A stretch of DNA of 64,000 nucleotides from Planctomycetota bacterium. Its GTDB lineage: Bacteria; Planctomycetota; JAJSAM01; JAJVHW01. Below the pieces are notes generated by a model that saw only the letters and a program-made list of their open reading frames with translations, ran no database searches and had not been told where the DNA came from. The translations under genes and the position numbers were made by a program. Positions 1-9,093 of the stretch are shown in pieces (positions within the stretch are counted from its first letter, which is position 1; each line of letters opens with the position of its first letter). The stretch covers positions 39,674 through 103,673 of the forward strand of contig JAJRPF010000055.1 in the NCBI GenBank assembly GCA_024280885.1, written 5' to 3'.

Positions 1-2552
1 ACTCGGCTGACTACAAGGACTACCTGGCGCAGAACGACGGGATGTCCAACGCCTACACGGCGAACAACATCACGAACTACCACTTCGAGGTGCGCAACGA
101 CGCCTTCGAGGGCGCGCTCGACCGTTTCGCGCACTTCTTCATCGACCCGCTCATGACGGACGCGCTCTCCGAGCGCGAGGTGAATGCGGTGGACTCCGAG
201 CAGTCCAAGAACCTCCAGGACGAGTTCTGGCGCACACGGCAGGTCTATCGGTCGCTGCTCAACCCAGAGCATCCTCACTGCGGGTTTTCCACCGGCAACC
301 GGGACACGCTCGCCGGTGTGAAGAACGAGACGCTGCGCGCGTTCTACGAGTCGAAGTACTCGTCCAACATCATGCATCTCGTCATCCTCTCCGCGCACCC
401 GATGGAGCAGTTGGAGTCGTGGGTGGAGACCCTCTTCGCGGATGTTCCGAACCGCAACCGCGAGCCGCTGGCGATCGACGTCCCGCTCTTCGGCGATGGA
501 TTGCGCGGGAAGCTTGTCGAAGTGAAGTCGTTGCAGGATGTGAACCAGTTGTGGGTTCGCTTCGAGTTGCCGAAGTCGGCGTTCGACCACGACGCCAAGC
601 CGACGCAGATCCTCGGCGGAGTGCTCGGTCACGAGGGCCAGGAGAGTCTGCTCCAGAGTTTGAAGTCCGCGGGGCTCGCCACGTCACTCTCCGCTGGCGC
701 ACAGACGATCGGAGAGCAGGGCACGTTCAACCTCACACTCTCACTCACTCCGGCGGGCATGACACAGCTCGACGCGGTGCTTGACCACATCTTCGGGTCG
801 ATCAATCAGTTGCGCGCCTTGCCGGAACTGCCCGTCCACATCATCGAGCAGCGGCAGCGGATGGCCGAGTTGGAGTTGCGCTTCCGCCAGCGTGGGCCAG
901 CGATGACCGAAGCGCGCACATTGGCTGCATGGATGGTGGCGTATCCCTACGAGAACCTGCTCCCGAGTGTCCACCTCATCCCGAAGCCGAGTCAGGCGTC
1001 GATCCGCGCCGTGCTCGATGTGATGACGCCGGAGAACGCGATGGTGCTCGTCTACGCGAAGGATCGCGAGACGGACCAGGTCGAGGAATTCTACGGCACC
1101 GAGTTCCGTGTCACGCCGCTCGGCGATGAGCGCATCGCGAAGTTGAAGGCCGCCAAGCCCGCAGATGGAGTCGGTGTTCCCGCACCCAATCCGTTCATTC
1201 CGACCGAGTTCGATCTCGTCGATCCCGTGCATGCCGAGACCCCGTGGCACGCAGAGCTCGACGCCGGCGAGGTGTGGCTGCGGCACGACACGCTCTTCGG
1301 GCAGCCGAAGGCCGCTCTCCAGGTGGTCTTCTACAACGACAAGAACTCGCAGTCGTCGCGCGACTTCGTGCTCGGCAATCTCTACGCGGCTGCGGTGCGA
1401 CTCGCGATGACACCGCATAGCTATCCGCTCAACGAGGCGGGCGTCAACCTGGGCGTTACGAGCGAGCGCCGAGGAATCACGCTGAGTGCCAGCGGCTACT
1501 CACAGAAGATTCCGGAACTCGCCGAGTTCGCGATTCCGTTCCTTACGCAACTGCAGATCGACGCGGCGCAATTCGCGATCATCAAGGAGTCGATGCAGCG
1601 CGGCCTCGCCAACTTCGGCAAGCAACCGCCGACGAGCCAGGCGTTCGAGCTCTTCCGCAACCTGATCCGCGAGGTGCACTTCACCCCCGCGCAGCAGGCC
1701 GAGGCCCTGGCCCCGCTGGCACTGGCCGATCTCGCGGACTACTTCGAGCGCGTGCATGCCGCGATCCGCGTGCGAGCGTTCGCATACGGCAACATGAGCG
1801 AAGAGAGTGTGCAGCGCACGGTCGACCTGCTCGTCGCGGGCCTCGCGCCGAAGCGCATCATCCCCGAGGACGGGCGCTATCGTGGCCGCGTCATCAAACT
1901 GGCGCAGGGTTCCGGGACGGTCGTTCGGCAGAAGATCGATGCGAACGACAGCATCACGATGCTGCTCTACGAAGGGACCTCCGCCGATCGCGAGAGCCGT
2001 GCCGCGCTCACGCTACTCGGGAAGGTCTTTCCGCCAGGCTTCTACGGCGATCTGCGCACTCTGCAACAGACTGGCTACATCGTGCAATCGGGCGCGTTCG
2101 AGATCGAGTCGTTGCCGCTTCTCTTCGCGTTGTCGCAGTCGAGCGTCGTCGGGACGGACTCACTACGCGGTCGTTTCGTAGCGCACATGGCGGAGTTCCT
2201 CGACGAGCTGGACGCGATGCCGGATGCGACGTTCGAGGCGAATCGCGAGGCCGCGATTGCCGGGCTCGCAAAGAAAAGCACGTCGTTCGAAGACGAGCTG
2301 ACGCGCAACACACGGCTTGCGTACGCGCACTTCGGCGACTTCGCCGACACCGACAAGCAGATCGCCGCGCTGGGCGCGCTCACGAAGGAGCGCTGGATCG
2401 AGCTGACACGCGCGTTCCTCGGCAGTGCCGCGCGCGTGAGCATTCAACTCGATGGTGCATCGGAACGTCGGCGCTTCCAGGAGCAGGATCTCGACACCCT
2501 GCGCAAGAACGCCGAAGGCTGGCAGGAGCAGCCGAAGCCCGACGACGTCTAG
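1..2552 (+). CDS. M16 (insulinase/pitrilysin-like) family metallopeptidase, 5' end cut by window edge
   Basis: Frame is open from nt 3 with no upstream stop, so the gene continues upstream of the 836-aa ORF at 42..2552. N-terminal segment ...NDGMSNAYTANNITNYHFEV matches the conserved M16 NAxTxxxxTxY region; size typical of protease-III-like enzymes; stop TAG at 2550-2552. Confidence 0.8.
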   Translation, partial: SADYKDYLAQNDGMSNAYTANNITNYHFEVRNDAFEGALDRFAHFFIDPLMTDALSEREVNAVDSEQSKNLQDEFWRTRQVYRSLLNPEHPHCGFSTGNRDTLAGVKNETLRAFYESKYSSNIMHLVILSAHPMEQLESWVETLFADVPNRNREPLAIDVPLFGDGLRGKLVEVKSLQDVNQLWVRFELPKSAFDHDAKPTQILGGVLGHEGQESLLQSLKSAGLATSLSAGAQTIGEQGTFNLTLSLTPAGMTQLDAVLDHIFGSINQLRALPELPVHIIEQRQRMAELELRFRQRGPAMTEARTLAAWMVAYPYENLLPSVHLIPKPSQASIRAVLDVMTPENAMVLVYAKDRETDQVEEFYGTEFRVTPLGDERIAKLKAAKPADGVGVPAPNPFIPTEFDLVDPVHAETPWHAELDAGEVWLRHDTLFGQPKAALQVVFYNDKNSQSSRDFVLGNLYAAAVRLAMTPHSYPLNEAGVNLGVTSERRGITLSASGYSQKIPELAEFAIPFLTQLQIDAAQFAIIKESMQRGLANFGKQPPTSQAFELFRNLIREVHFTPAQQAEALAPLALADLADYFERVHAAIRVRAFAYGNMSEESVQRTVDLLVAGLAPKRIIPEDGRYRGRVIKLAQGSGTVVRQKIDANDSITMLLYEGTSADRESRAALTLLGKVFPPGFYGDLRTLQQTGYIVQSGAFEIESLPLLFALSQSSVVGTDSLRGRFVAHMAEFLDELDAMPDATFEANREAAIAGLAKKSTSFEDELTRNTRLAYAHFGDFADTDKQIAALGALTKERWIELTRAFLGSAARVSIQLDGASERRRFQEQDLDTLRKNAEGWQEQPKPDDV

Positions 2553-2613
2553 CTGCGCGGCTGCGCGCCGGTGTGACCGCGTGACAGTGCGCACATAGTT
2601 CCAGCGCGATCGA

Positions 2614-2642
2614 GCGCCCTCCGCTCCGGATGCGGGGGGCGC
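2614..2642. terminator. GC-rich hairpin (11-bp stem, 7-nt loop) between convergent genes; possible bidirectional terminator
   Basis: gcgccctccgc-tccggat-gcggggggcgc lies in the 128-bp gap between the + strand peptidase stop and the - strand FG-GAP stop; no U-tract, so weak. Confidence 0.3.
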
Positions 2643-2679
2643 CAACGCGTTCCCAGGGACGAATAGTCGCGAGCGCGCG

Positions 2680-5181
2680 TCAGTCGCCGAAGTTGAGGCC
2701 GGTCAGGATGATGTCAGCCAAGTCTGCCGTTTGCGGGAGCGGTCTCGTGCCGGAGAAGATGTAGAGCGACCCGCGGAGACCTCCCGCCACGGGCGCGAAG
2801 TCAACGACGATCACCTCCGCAAGACCATCACCGTCGAGATCCTGTGCGCTCAGACGATCACCGAAGCGACTCAGATCGACCAGGCCTTCGATGGTGAAGT
2901 CCGCGTCTGACGGTCCGCCCGATGTGAGCGAAGGGCCGCCCTCAAAGACCGCGGTTAGACCGCGGTTCTCGGCCTGCACCGCGGCGAGCGAGTCCCCGAT
3001 CAACAGGTCGCCTTTCGCGCTGCCCGAGACGTCGGCGATTGCCAGTACCGTACCGAACCTGCCCGAGGCCGCAACGCTGTCGTCGGTGAGCTTCACGTCG
3101 GCCGTCGAGCTGTCTCCGTCCGCCAGCCCCGCGCCGCCTGCAAAGATGAAGACGCTCTGCACTTTGGCGCCGACGCTCTGCGCGTGAACGACGATGTCCG
3201 CCGCGCCGTCGCCGATCACATCGCCGACGGCGAGGAAGTTGCCGAGGAGGTCCGAGTCCGCTGTGGCCGTCAGCGCGACGTCCGCGTCTGTGAGCGGCCC
3301 GCTCACGAAGCCCGCCCCGCCGAAGAACACGTAGACAACTCCTCGGGGCTGCAAGTTCGAGAACGCCGAGCCGATGATCAGGTCGTCGATGCCGTCGCCG
3401 GAGACATCCGCCGCAGCGACGTTCAGCGAGAATATCCCGTTGGATTGCGGTCCCGTGAACGTCACGGCGGGGACGGCATCACTTGTGAGAGCTGCGCCGC
3501 CTTCGTACACGACCGTCTCGTGCATCCCGAAGACGCTCGGACTCTCAATTGCTGTTGCGATGTCCAACGTCGCATCGCCTACGAACTGACCGACGGTGAT
3601 GGTCACGAGAGCGCGGGCGCTGCGACCGCCGCCACGCAGCACGAAGTCAGCGTCCCTCTCGACATCCAGGGATCCCCGGAACTCCGCTCCCCCGAGGAAG
3701 ATGAGTATCCGTCCCATGCCACCAGCGACGGGATCGGCGATACTGAGTATGAGATCGTCGATCCCGTCGCCGCTCACGTCCGCCACAACGCGCGCGTTCC
3801 CGAGGCGGCTGTTGGACGCCGTTCCTTGGAATACGACGTCGCGTGCGTCGATCCCCCGCGTCGTCAGTCCGGGTCCGCCCAGGACGACGCGGACGCGATT
3901 GACTCCACCCGAGCTATCCGTCACGACCAAGTCAGCCAGACCGTCATTGTTCAGGTCCGACCGGACAGTTGGCAGACGACCAAACGCCCGGAACGCGGTG
4001 AAGTGGCTGACGGGGAATGAGACCGTGCCCGCGCTCACGTCCACCGAGTAGGGCCGCGGGACGATGCGCGTTCGACCGCGCCCGTCTCGTTCCACGACAA
4101 TCAAGCTCGAGAAGTCATCGCCGAATGCAACGGCGTCGAAGGGGATCGACACGGTGACGGGTTCGTCGAAGACCTGGCCGACGGGACCGAAGAAGACGGT
4201 GGGTCCGGCGGCTCGCACGTCGTCCGCGAGGCCGCCTCGGATGGGAGGCGCCGAACCGATCAGAAGGGAGGTCGGTAGCGTGAGCGCACCCGGCGGCACC
4301 AGCAAAGACGCCTCGCCCAATCCGAAGTTGTTCTCAGGCGGCACTGCGAATTCCCCTCCGGCGGCCGGGATCACAACGCCGATCACGAAGTCGTCCCCGC
4401 CGCCGGCTCCCACGTCTATCCCCCTGACCGTGATGTTCCGCTTGCTCGTCTTGGGCGCCTTGATCTTCACCGTCACCCGCGCGGCGCCCACTCCCCCGAC
4501 GCCCGCGACGAACAGCCGGTAGTCGCCTCCCCGGGCGAGTGCGATCTTCTTCGCCTTGTGTTGCTTGTCTTGCGTAGCCGGTTGATCGATGTCGATCCGG
4601 TCCGCGTCCCTGAGACGCTCGATCCGCACGAGTCGCGGAAGTGCGTCTGATCCACGCGCAGGTTTAGCGACGACCGTGGCACGCGCGCCCGGATCGACGG
4701 CGAAGTCGATGGCGACTTCTCCGTCTGACAGTTGCACGTCGCGACTGAGCTTGGTCTGGCTCTTCCACTTCACCTTGAGCTGGTAGTCGCCGACGTTCTC
4801 ACCGTCTCCCGTCACCTCGATGCGGTACGTGCCGGTGGCGGGCACGAGGACGTTCTTCGCAGTCGATCCCGACTTCCCCTTCGCGCGGATGAACTCCGCT
4901 GCGATGTCGATACCATTCTCATTCAGCACCCGGAACGAGACGCGCGGAGCGGAGCTGCCACTCTGCTTCTTACCCTTCGGCCTCCTACCCGTGGCGACCA
5001 CCGAGAGCAGCGCGTCGTTCGGAAGTGTCACTCGCAAGATCTCGACCTCGGTGGCCGGCGAGAGAGAGCCCGTTACCTTGTCGCCGTTCGTGATGGCGAC
5101 ATCGACGCCCGCACGTCCCATCGAGGCGAACGAGAGCAAGCTGGTGGTGAGAAGCAGAGCGTGCAGGAGCGTCTGGGGCAT
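2680..5181 (-). CDS. Secreted FG-GAP (integrin-alpha-like) repeat protein with C-terminal pre-peptidase (PPC)-type domain
   Basis: Repeated VADVSGDGIDDLI / GDVIGDGAADIVV FG-GAP/Ca-binding motifs; C-terminal ~110 aa (ITNGDKVTGSL...GTYRIEVTGDG...YQLKVKW) looks like a PPC domain; signal peptide MPQTLLHALLLTTSLLSFASMGRA; ATG at 5181 preceded by GGAG (ORF track starts at 5220). Confidence 0.75.
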   Translation of the reverse strand: MPQTLLHALLLTTSLLSFASMGRAGVDVAITNGDKVTGSLSPATEVEILRVTLPNDALLSVVATGRRPKGKKQSGSSAPRVSFRVLNENGIDIAAEFIRAKGKSGSTAKNVLVPATGTYRIEVTGDGENVGDYQLKVKWKSQTKLSRDVQLSDGEVAIDFAVDPGARATVVAKPARGSDALPRLVRIERLRDADRIDIDQPATQDKQHKAKKIALARGGDYRLFVAGVGGVGAARVTVKIKAPKTSKRNITVRGIDVGAGGGDDFVIGVVIPAAGGEFAVPPENNFGLGEASLLVPPGALTLPTSLLIGSAPPIRGGLADDVRAAGPTVFFGPVGQVFDEPVTVSIPFDAVAFGDDFSSLIVVERDGRGRTRIVPRPYSVDVSAGTVSFPVSHFTAFRAFGRLPTVRSDLNNDGLADLVVTDSSGGVNRVRVVLGGPGLTTRGIDARDVVFQGTASNSRLGNARVVADVSGDGIDDLILSIADPVAGGMGRILIFLGGAEFRGSLDVERDADFVLRGGGRSARALVTITVGQFVGDATLDIATAIESPSVFGMHETVVYEGGAALTSDAVPAVTFTGPQSNGIFSLNVAAADVSGDGIDDLIIGSAFSNLQPRGVVYVFFGGAGFVSGPLTDADVALTATADSDLLGNFLAVGDVIGDGAADIVVHAQSVGAKVQSVFIFAGGAGLADGDSSTADVKLTDDSVAASGRFGTVLAIADVSGSAKGDLLIGDSLAAVQAENRGLTAVFEGGPSLTSGGPSDADFTIEGLVDLSRFGDRLSAQDLDGDGLAEVIVVDFAPVAGGLRGSLYIFSGTRPLPQTADLADIILTGLNFGD

Positions 5182-5320
5182 GCGTGGATCTCCGGAGGCA
5201 GGCGCGCACTGACGCGGCACCGCGCGAGGGACGCGTGCATGCTATCTCTTTGGCGGGCGGAGAGTGGCCTGATGCAAGATCTCCGCTCTCCCGGTCTGCG
5301 AGCGCGCTCCTCGCGCAGCG

Positions 5321-7186
5321 TCAGCGGCGTCCGCACCACAGCGCCCACTCGAGGAGCAGGACTCCGAGAGCCAGGAGTAGCAGTGGGTCGCGAAGCAGGA
5401 AGTTGCGGCGGATGCTGCCCGGTGTCGCCTGGACGGTGTCGCCGCCAAGTGTGAGCTCCGATCGCGGTGCCAGGCGGATCTCGTCGGAGTCGAAGAGCGC
5501 GAAGGTGCGCGGATCGCCGTCGCCGCCTTCGGGTGTCACGGTGTACAGACCGGCGTCGAATGTCTCGCGCGATTGGAGCCGTCCGTCGAGAGCGGCAACG
5601 GCTGCGACGTCCGCACCCGACGGGGTCGTGACCGTGAACGGCACGCCGTCGTCGGAGCGGATGATCGAGCCCGTGGGGAAGACTGGCGCCTCGTGCTCGC
5701 GCTGCACGTCGGCGAGCAGATGATCCAACGAATTCGCGAGCAGGAGTGGCCAGGCCAACTTGAGCGGGAGATTGGACGCGGCGGGATCGAACGCGAGCAC
5801 CAGGACCTCGCGTCCGGGGACAGGCGTCAGGAGGACGAGCGGCCCACCGGTCGTGTCCACGAGCGCCTCGGAGCGCTCATGGCCGGACAGTTGCATTGAC
5901 TCCTCGATCAGCAAGTCGTCGAACTGACACCGCACCGTCACCGGATGCGTGTGATGCCAGTCGATGACGACCGGATACTCCTGTCGTCCCGTCTCCCGCA
6001 AGCCGCTCTCGGGCGGCAGTACGTTGACGTAGATCTGCGCCGGGACATCCGGGATCGCGTCGAACGCCACACCGTCGAAGACGACGAGATCCACCTGCGT
6101 CCCCCCGTCGATGCTCGCCAGGGCTTCCGCGCTCGTGAGTTCGACCATCGCCAGCCCGGGGTGTAGGGCTTCCAGTTTCCGGGCGTCGAGGTAGAGCGAG
6201 GGCGCGTCGCGCACGAGGAGACCGAAGCGCGGGACGGCCGGACGTTGCACCAGCAGCGCCACGTCGTCCGCCGCGAGGATGTCGTTCCCGTCGAGGCGCA
6301 GTTGCAGGATGACCGGCGCGTCGCTCTCGGGTTCCTCGAGTTCGAAGAACGCAACGGCGTCACCGCCCGGGGCGAGCACGACCTCGCGGGCATCGGCAAC
6401 CTCTCCATCGCGCGAGAGGATGAGGGTGCGCGTGACGGGCTCGGCGGCGCCGTTTTCGATTCGCACAAAGAGTTGCGGTGGCTCTCCGGGGACGCTGGTC
6501 AACGTTATCTCGGCGATCCCCTGATTGGCATCGCTCTTGCCGACGCGCGCGAATTTCACCTCGCAGGAAAGGAGTGGGAGCCCGCCTGTCACGGCGCCAT
6601 CGGACACGATGATGACCTCGGGAGCGAAGCCCGGTGACGCTTTCGCAAACGACGCGGCGAGTCGCAATGCCGCCGCCGGCTTGCTCCCAAGATCGCGGGT
6701 CCGCAGCTCTTCGACAGCCTTCGTGAGGAGCGTCTCATCGCCAGTGAACGCGACCAGGACCTCGGCATCCCGATCGAACGCCACGAGCATGAGCTCGTCG
6801 GAGCCGCGCAGACCGTCGATCGCGTCGAGACAGAGTTCCTTCGCGACTTCCATCCGCGTCTGCTCTTCCTCGTCGGTGGCCGCCATGCTGCGACTGCGAT
6901 CGACGACGAGCACGATCCGGCGTGGCTGGTCGCCGACATCGAGGTCCAGACTGGCACCGGCGGCAGCGAGCGCGAAGAGCACGATCGACGCGACCTGCAG
7001 GAAGAAGAGCAGCGGTGTTCGGAGCCGCTGGAAGAGCGAGGACGCGCGCAGATCCTCCAGAGCGTTCTGCCAAAGGAAGGCCGCGGGGACGACGTGTTCC
7101 TGGCGACGCTGCTTCAGGAGATAGAGCGCGACGAGCGGCGCCAATGCCCCGAGCGCGGCCATTCCCAGCGGGAAGAGGAAGTTCAT
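5321..7186 (-). CDS. BatA-like aerotolerance-type membrane protein with von Willebrand factor A (VWA) domain
   Basis: N-terminus MNFLFPLGMAALGALAPLVALYLLKQRR is the classic BatA N-terminal TM region; VWA core VLVVDRSRSM...D; start ATG overlaps the upstream DUF58 stop (ATGA at 7183-7186). Confidence 0.8.
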   Translation of the reverse strand: MNFLFPLGMAALGALAPLVALYLLKQRRQEHVVPAAFLWQNALEDLRASSLFQRLRTPLLFFLQVASIVLFALAAAGASLDLDVGDQPRRIVLVVDRSRSMAATDEEEQTRMEVAKELCLDAIDGLRGSDELMLVAFDRDAEVLVAFTGDETLLTKAVEELRTRDLGSKPAAALRLAASFAKASPGFAPEVIIVSDGAVTGGLPLLSCEVKFARVGKSDANQGIAEITLTSVPGEPPQLFVRIENGAAEPVTRTLILSRDGEVADAREVVLAPGGDAVAFFELEEPESDAPVILQLRLDGNDILAADDVALLVQRPAVPRFGLLVRDAPSLYLDARKLEALHPGLAMVELTSAEALASIDGGTQVDLVVFDGVAFDAIPDVPAQIYVNVLPPESGLRETGRQEYPVVIDWHHTHPVTVRCQFDDLLIEESMQLSGHERSEALVDTTGGPLVLLTPVPGREVLVLAFDPAASNLPLKLAWPLLLANSLDHLLADVQREHEAPVFPTGSIIRSDDGVPFTVTTPSGADVAAVAALDGRLQSRETFDAGLYTVTPEGGDGDPRTFALFDSDEIRLAPRSELTLGGDTVQATPGSIRRNFLLRDPLLLLALGVLLLEWALWCGRR

Positions 7187-8058
7187 TTGAGCAACCCGCT
7201 TCTGCGCAACGACTCCAGGACAAGCGTCTCGAGGGGCGTGTCGGTCGTAGCGGTTGCAAGGACGATCTGTCGGCTACGGCAGAATTGGTCCAGTTGGCGA
7301 TCGTAGTCGCTGCGTGCTGCCTGGTAGCGCCGCAGGAGCGCCGGCGTGATCGAGATCTCGACGGCTGTCTCGTCCTCCGAATCGACCAAGCGCAGGTCAC
7401 CTTCGAGAGTCGGGGCTTCCTCCGCCGGTGTCAGAATACGAACGCAATACGGCTCCAATCCGCCGCGCACGATCGAACGCAGGTGCTGCCATGAGCCGTC
7501 GGGATGGAGCAGGTCGGACGCGAGGATCAGGATGCCCCGCGGGCGCCGCGTCGTGATCCATCGTCGTAGCGACTCGTCCAATCCCGTTGCGCCACCGACG
7601 GGGGCTCGCTCCAGCGCGTTGAAGAGGCGTTCCGCGCTGCGGATGCCGCGCAGATTCTTGACACCGACATCGCCGCCCTCGCCGGGGGACCAAAGCGACA
7701 CACGGTTGAGTCCCGCGAGCGCGACGTAGCCAAGAGCTGCCAGCACGCGCTTGGCGACCAGCACTTTCGATGGATCGCCGAAGTCCATCGAGGCACTGCG
7801 ATCCAGCACGAGGTGGATCTGCAGGTCCTCCTCGTCGTGGAAGAGCTTGATCATGAGCTTGTCGAGGCGCGCGTAGAGATTCCAATCGAGAAAGCGCAGG
7901 TCGTCGCCCGCTCCGTACGGACGGTGATCCGCGAATTCGACGGACGAGCCGCGGCGCACCGATCGACGTTCGCCGCGCTGCACACCACGGCGCAGTCGGC
8001 GAGCGACGATCTCGAGTCGTTCGAGACGCGCCAGGAACTCAGGTTCGAGCAATGCCAA
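7183..8058 (-). CDS. DUF58 family protein (MoxR-associated)
   Basis: MALLEPEFLARLERLEIVARRLRRG...FADHRPYGAGDDLRFLDWNLYARLDKL...LVLDRSASM is the characteristic DUF58 pattern; sits between the MoxR and BatA genes. Confidence 0.8.
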   Translation of the reverse strand: MALLEPEFLARLERLEIVARRLRRGVQRGERRSVRRGSSVEFADHRPYGAGDDLRFLDWNLYARLDKLMIKLFHDEEDLQIHLVLDRSASMDFGDPSKVLVAKRVLAALGYVALAGLNRVSLWSPGEGGDVGVKNLRGIRSAERLFNALERAPVGGATGLDESLRRWITTRRPRGILILASDLLHPDGSWQHLRSIVRGGLEPYCVRILTPAEEAPTLEGDLRLVDSEDETAVEISITPALLRRYQAARSDYDRQLDQFCRSRQIVLATATTDTPLETLVLESLRRSGLLK

Positions 8059-8070
8059 CGGAGGGTCCGA

Positions 8071-9093
8071 TCAGGCGGAGGCCAGCAGATCGGCTTGTTC
8101 GGTTGCACGCACGACTTCGGCAACGATGGCATCCGACTCCACGCCGTCGGCCTCCGCTTCGAAGTTACGGATCATGCGATGGCGCAGGACGGAGAGCGCA
8201 TCGCGTTCAACGTCGCGGAACGAGACGTTGAAGCGGCCCTCGAGCAGGGCGCGTACCTTGCCGAGCAGGATCAGCGCCTGCGCGCCGCGCGGGGACGAAC
8301 CGAAGCGCACGTACTTGTTGATAAGGTCGGTGGCGAATTCGGAACCCGGATGGGTCGCGATCACGAGTCGCGTCGCGTAGTCCGCAACGTGCGGCGCAAC
8401 GGCGACGTCGCGGACGAACGAACGCCAGGCCGAGACCTCTTCGCTATCCATCACGCGCTCCGCCACGGCGTTCTCGCGCCTGGTCGTGCGGGCGATGACT
8501 TCGTTCAATTCCTCGCGCGATCCGTAGCGCACGATCACCTTCACCATGAAGCGATCGAGTTGAGCCTCGGGCAGCGGGTACGTGCCCTCCATGTCGATCG
8601 GATTCTGTGTCGCGATCACGAGGAATGGCTCGGGCAAGAGTCGGGTGTCGCCACCCACTGTAACGCTGTGTTCCTGCATCGCTTCGAGCAATGCGCTTTG
8701 CGTCTTGGGTGTGGCGCGGTTGACCTCGTCGGCGAGCACGATATTCGCGAAGATGGGGCCCTTGCGGAACACCATCACGCGCTTGCCTGCGTCGTCCTCG
8801 GTCACGATGGTCGTACCGACGACGTCCGCAGGCATGAGATCCGGCGTGAACTGGATGCGTGCGAACTCGAGGTGCATCGCGTCGGAGAGCGTGCGCACGA
8901 GCATCGTCTTGCCGAGTCCCGGCACGCCTTCGAGCAGGATGTTCCCACCCGCGAAGAAGGTGCGCAGGACGGTGTCCAGGACATCGTCCTGACCGACGAT
9001 GACGCGCGCGAGCTGATGGCGCACCGCGCCGTAGCGTTCGCGGAAGAGATCCGCGCGTTCACGTGCATCCGCGGGCATCTGGAACGTACTCAC
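8071..9093 (-). CDS. MoxR-family AAA+ ATPase
   Basis: Walker A LLEGVPGLGKT, Walker B VLADEVNRA, MoxR-type sensor region; probable GTG start at 9093 overlapping the upstream stop (GTGA), with GGAGGA 6-10 nt upstream (ORF track start 9108 is TTG). Confidence 0.85.
   Translation of the reverse strand: MSTFQMPADARERADLFRERYGAVRHQLARVIVGQDDVLDTVLRTFFAGGNILLEGVPGLGKTMLVRTLSDAMHLEFARIQFTPDLMPADVVGTTIVTEDDAGKRVMVFRKGPIFANIVLADEVNRATPKTQSALLEAMQEHSVTVGGDTRLLPEPFLVIATQNPIDMEGTYPLPEAQLDRFMVKVIVRYGSREELNEVIARTTRRENAVAERVMDSEEVSAWRSFVRDVAVAPHVADYATRLVIATHPGSEFATDLINKYVRFGSSPRGAQALILLGKVRALLEGRFNVSFRDVERDALSVLRHRMIRNFEAEADGVESDAIVAEVVRATEQADLLASA

Noticed and set aside
2163-2645. 160-aa minus-strand ORF at the 3' end of the M16 peptidase gene
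   Set aside because: Mostly antisense to the peptidase coding sequence; the real intergenic part is only 128 bp and holds a hairpin rather than a gene.
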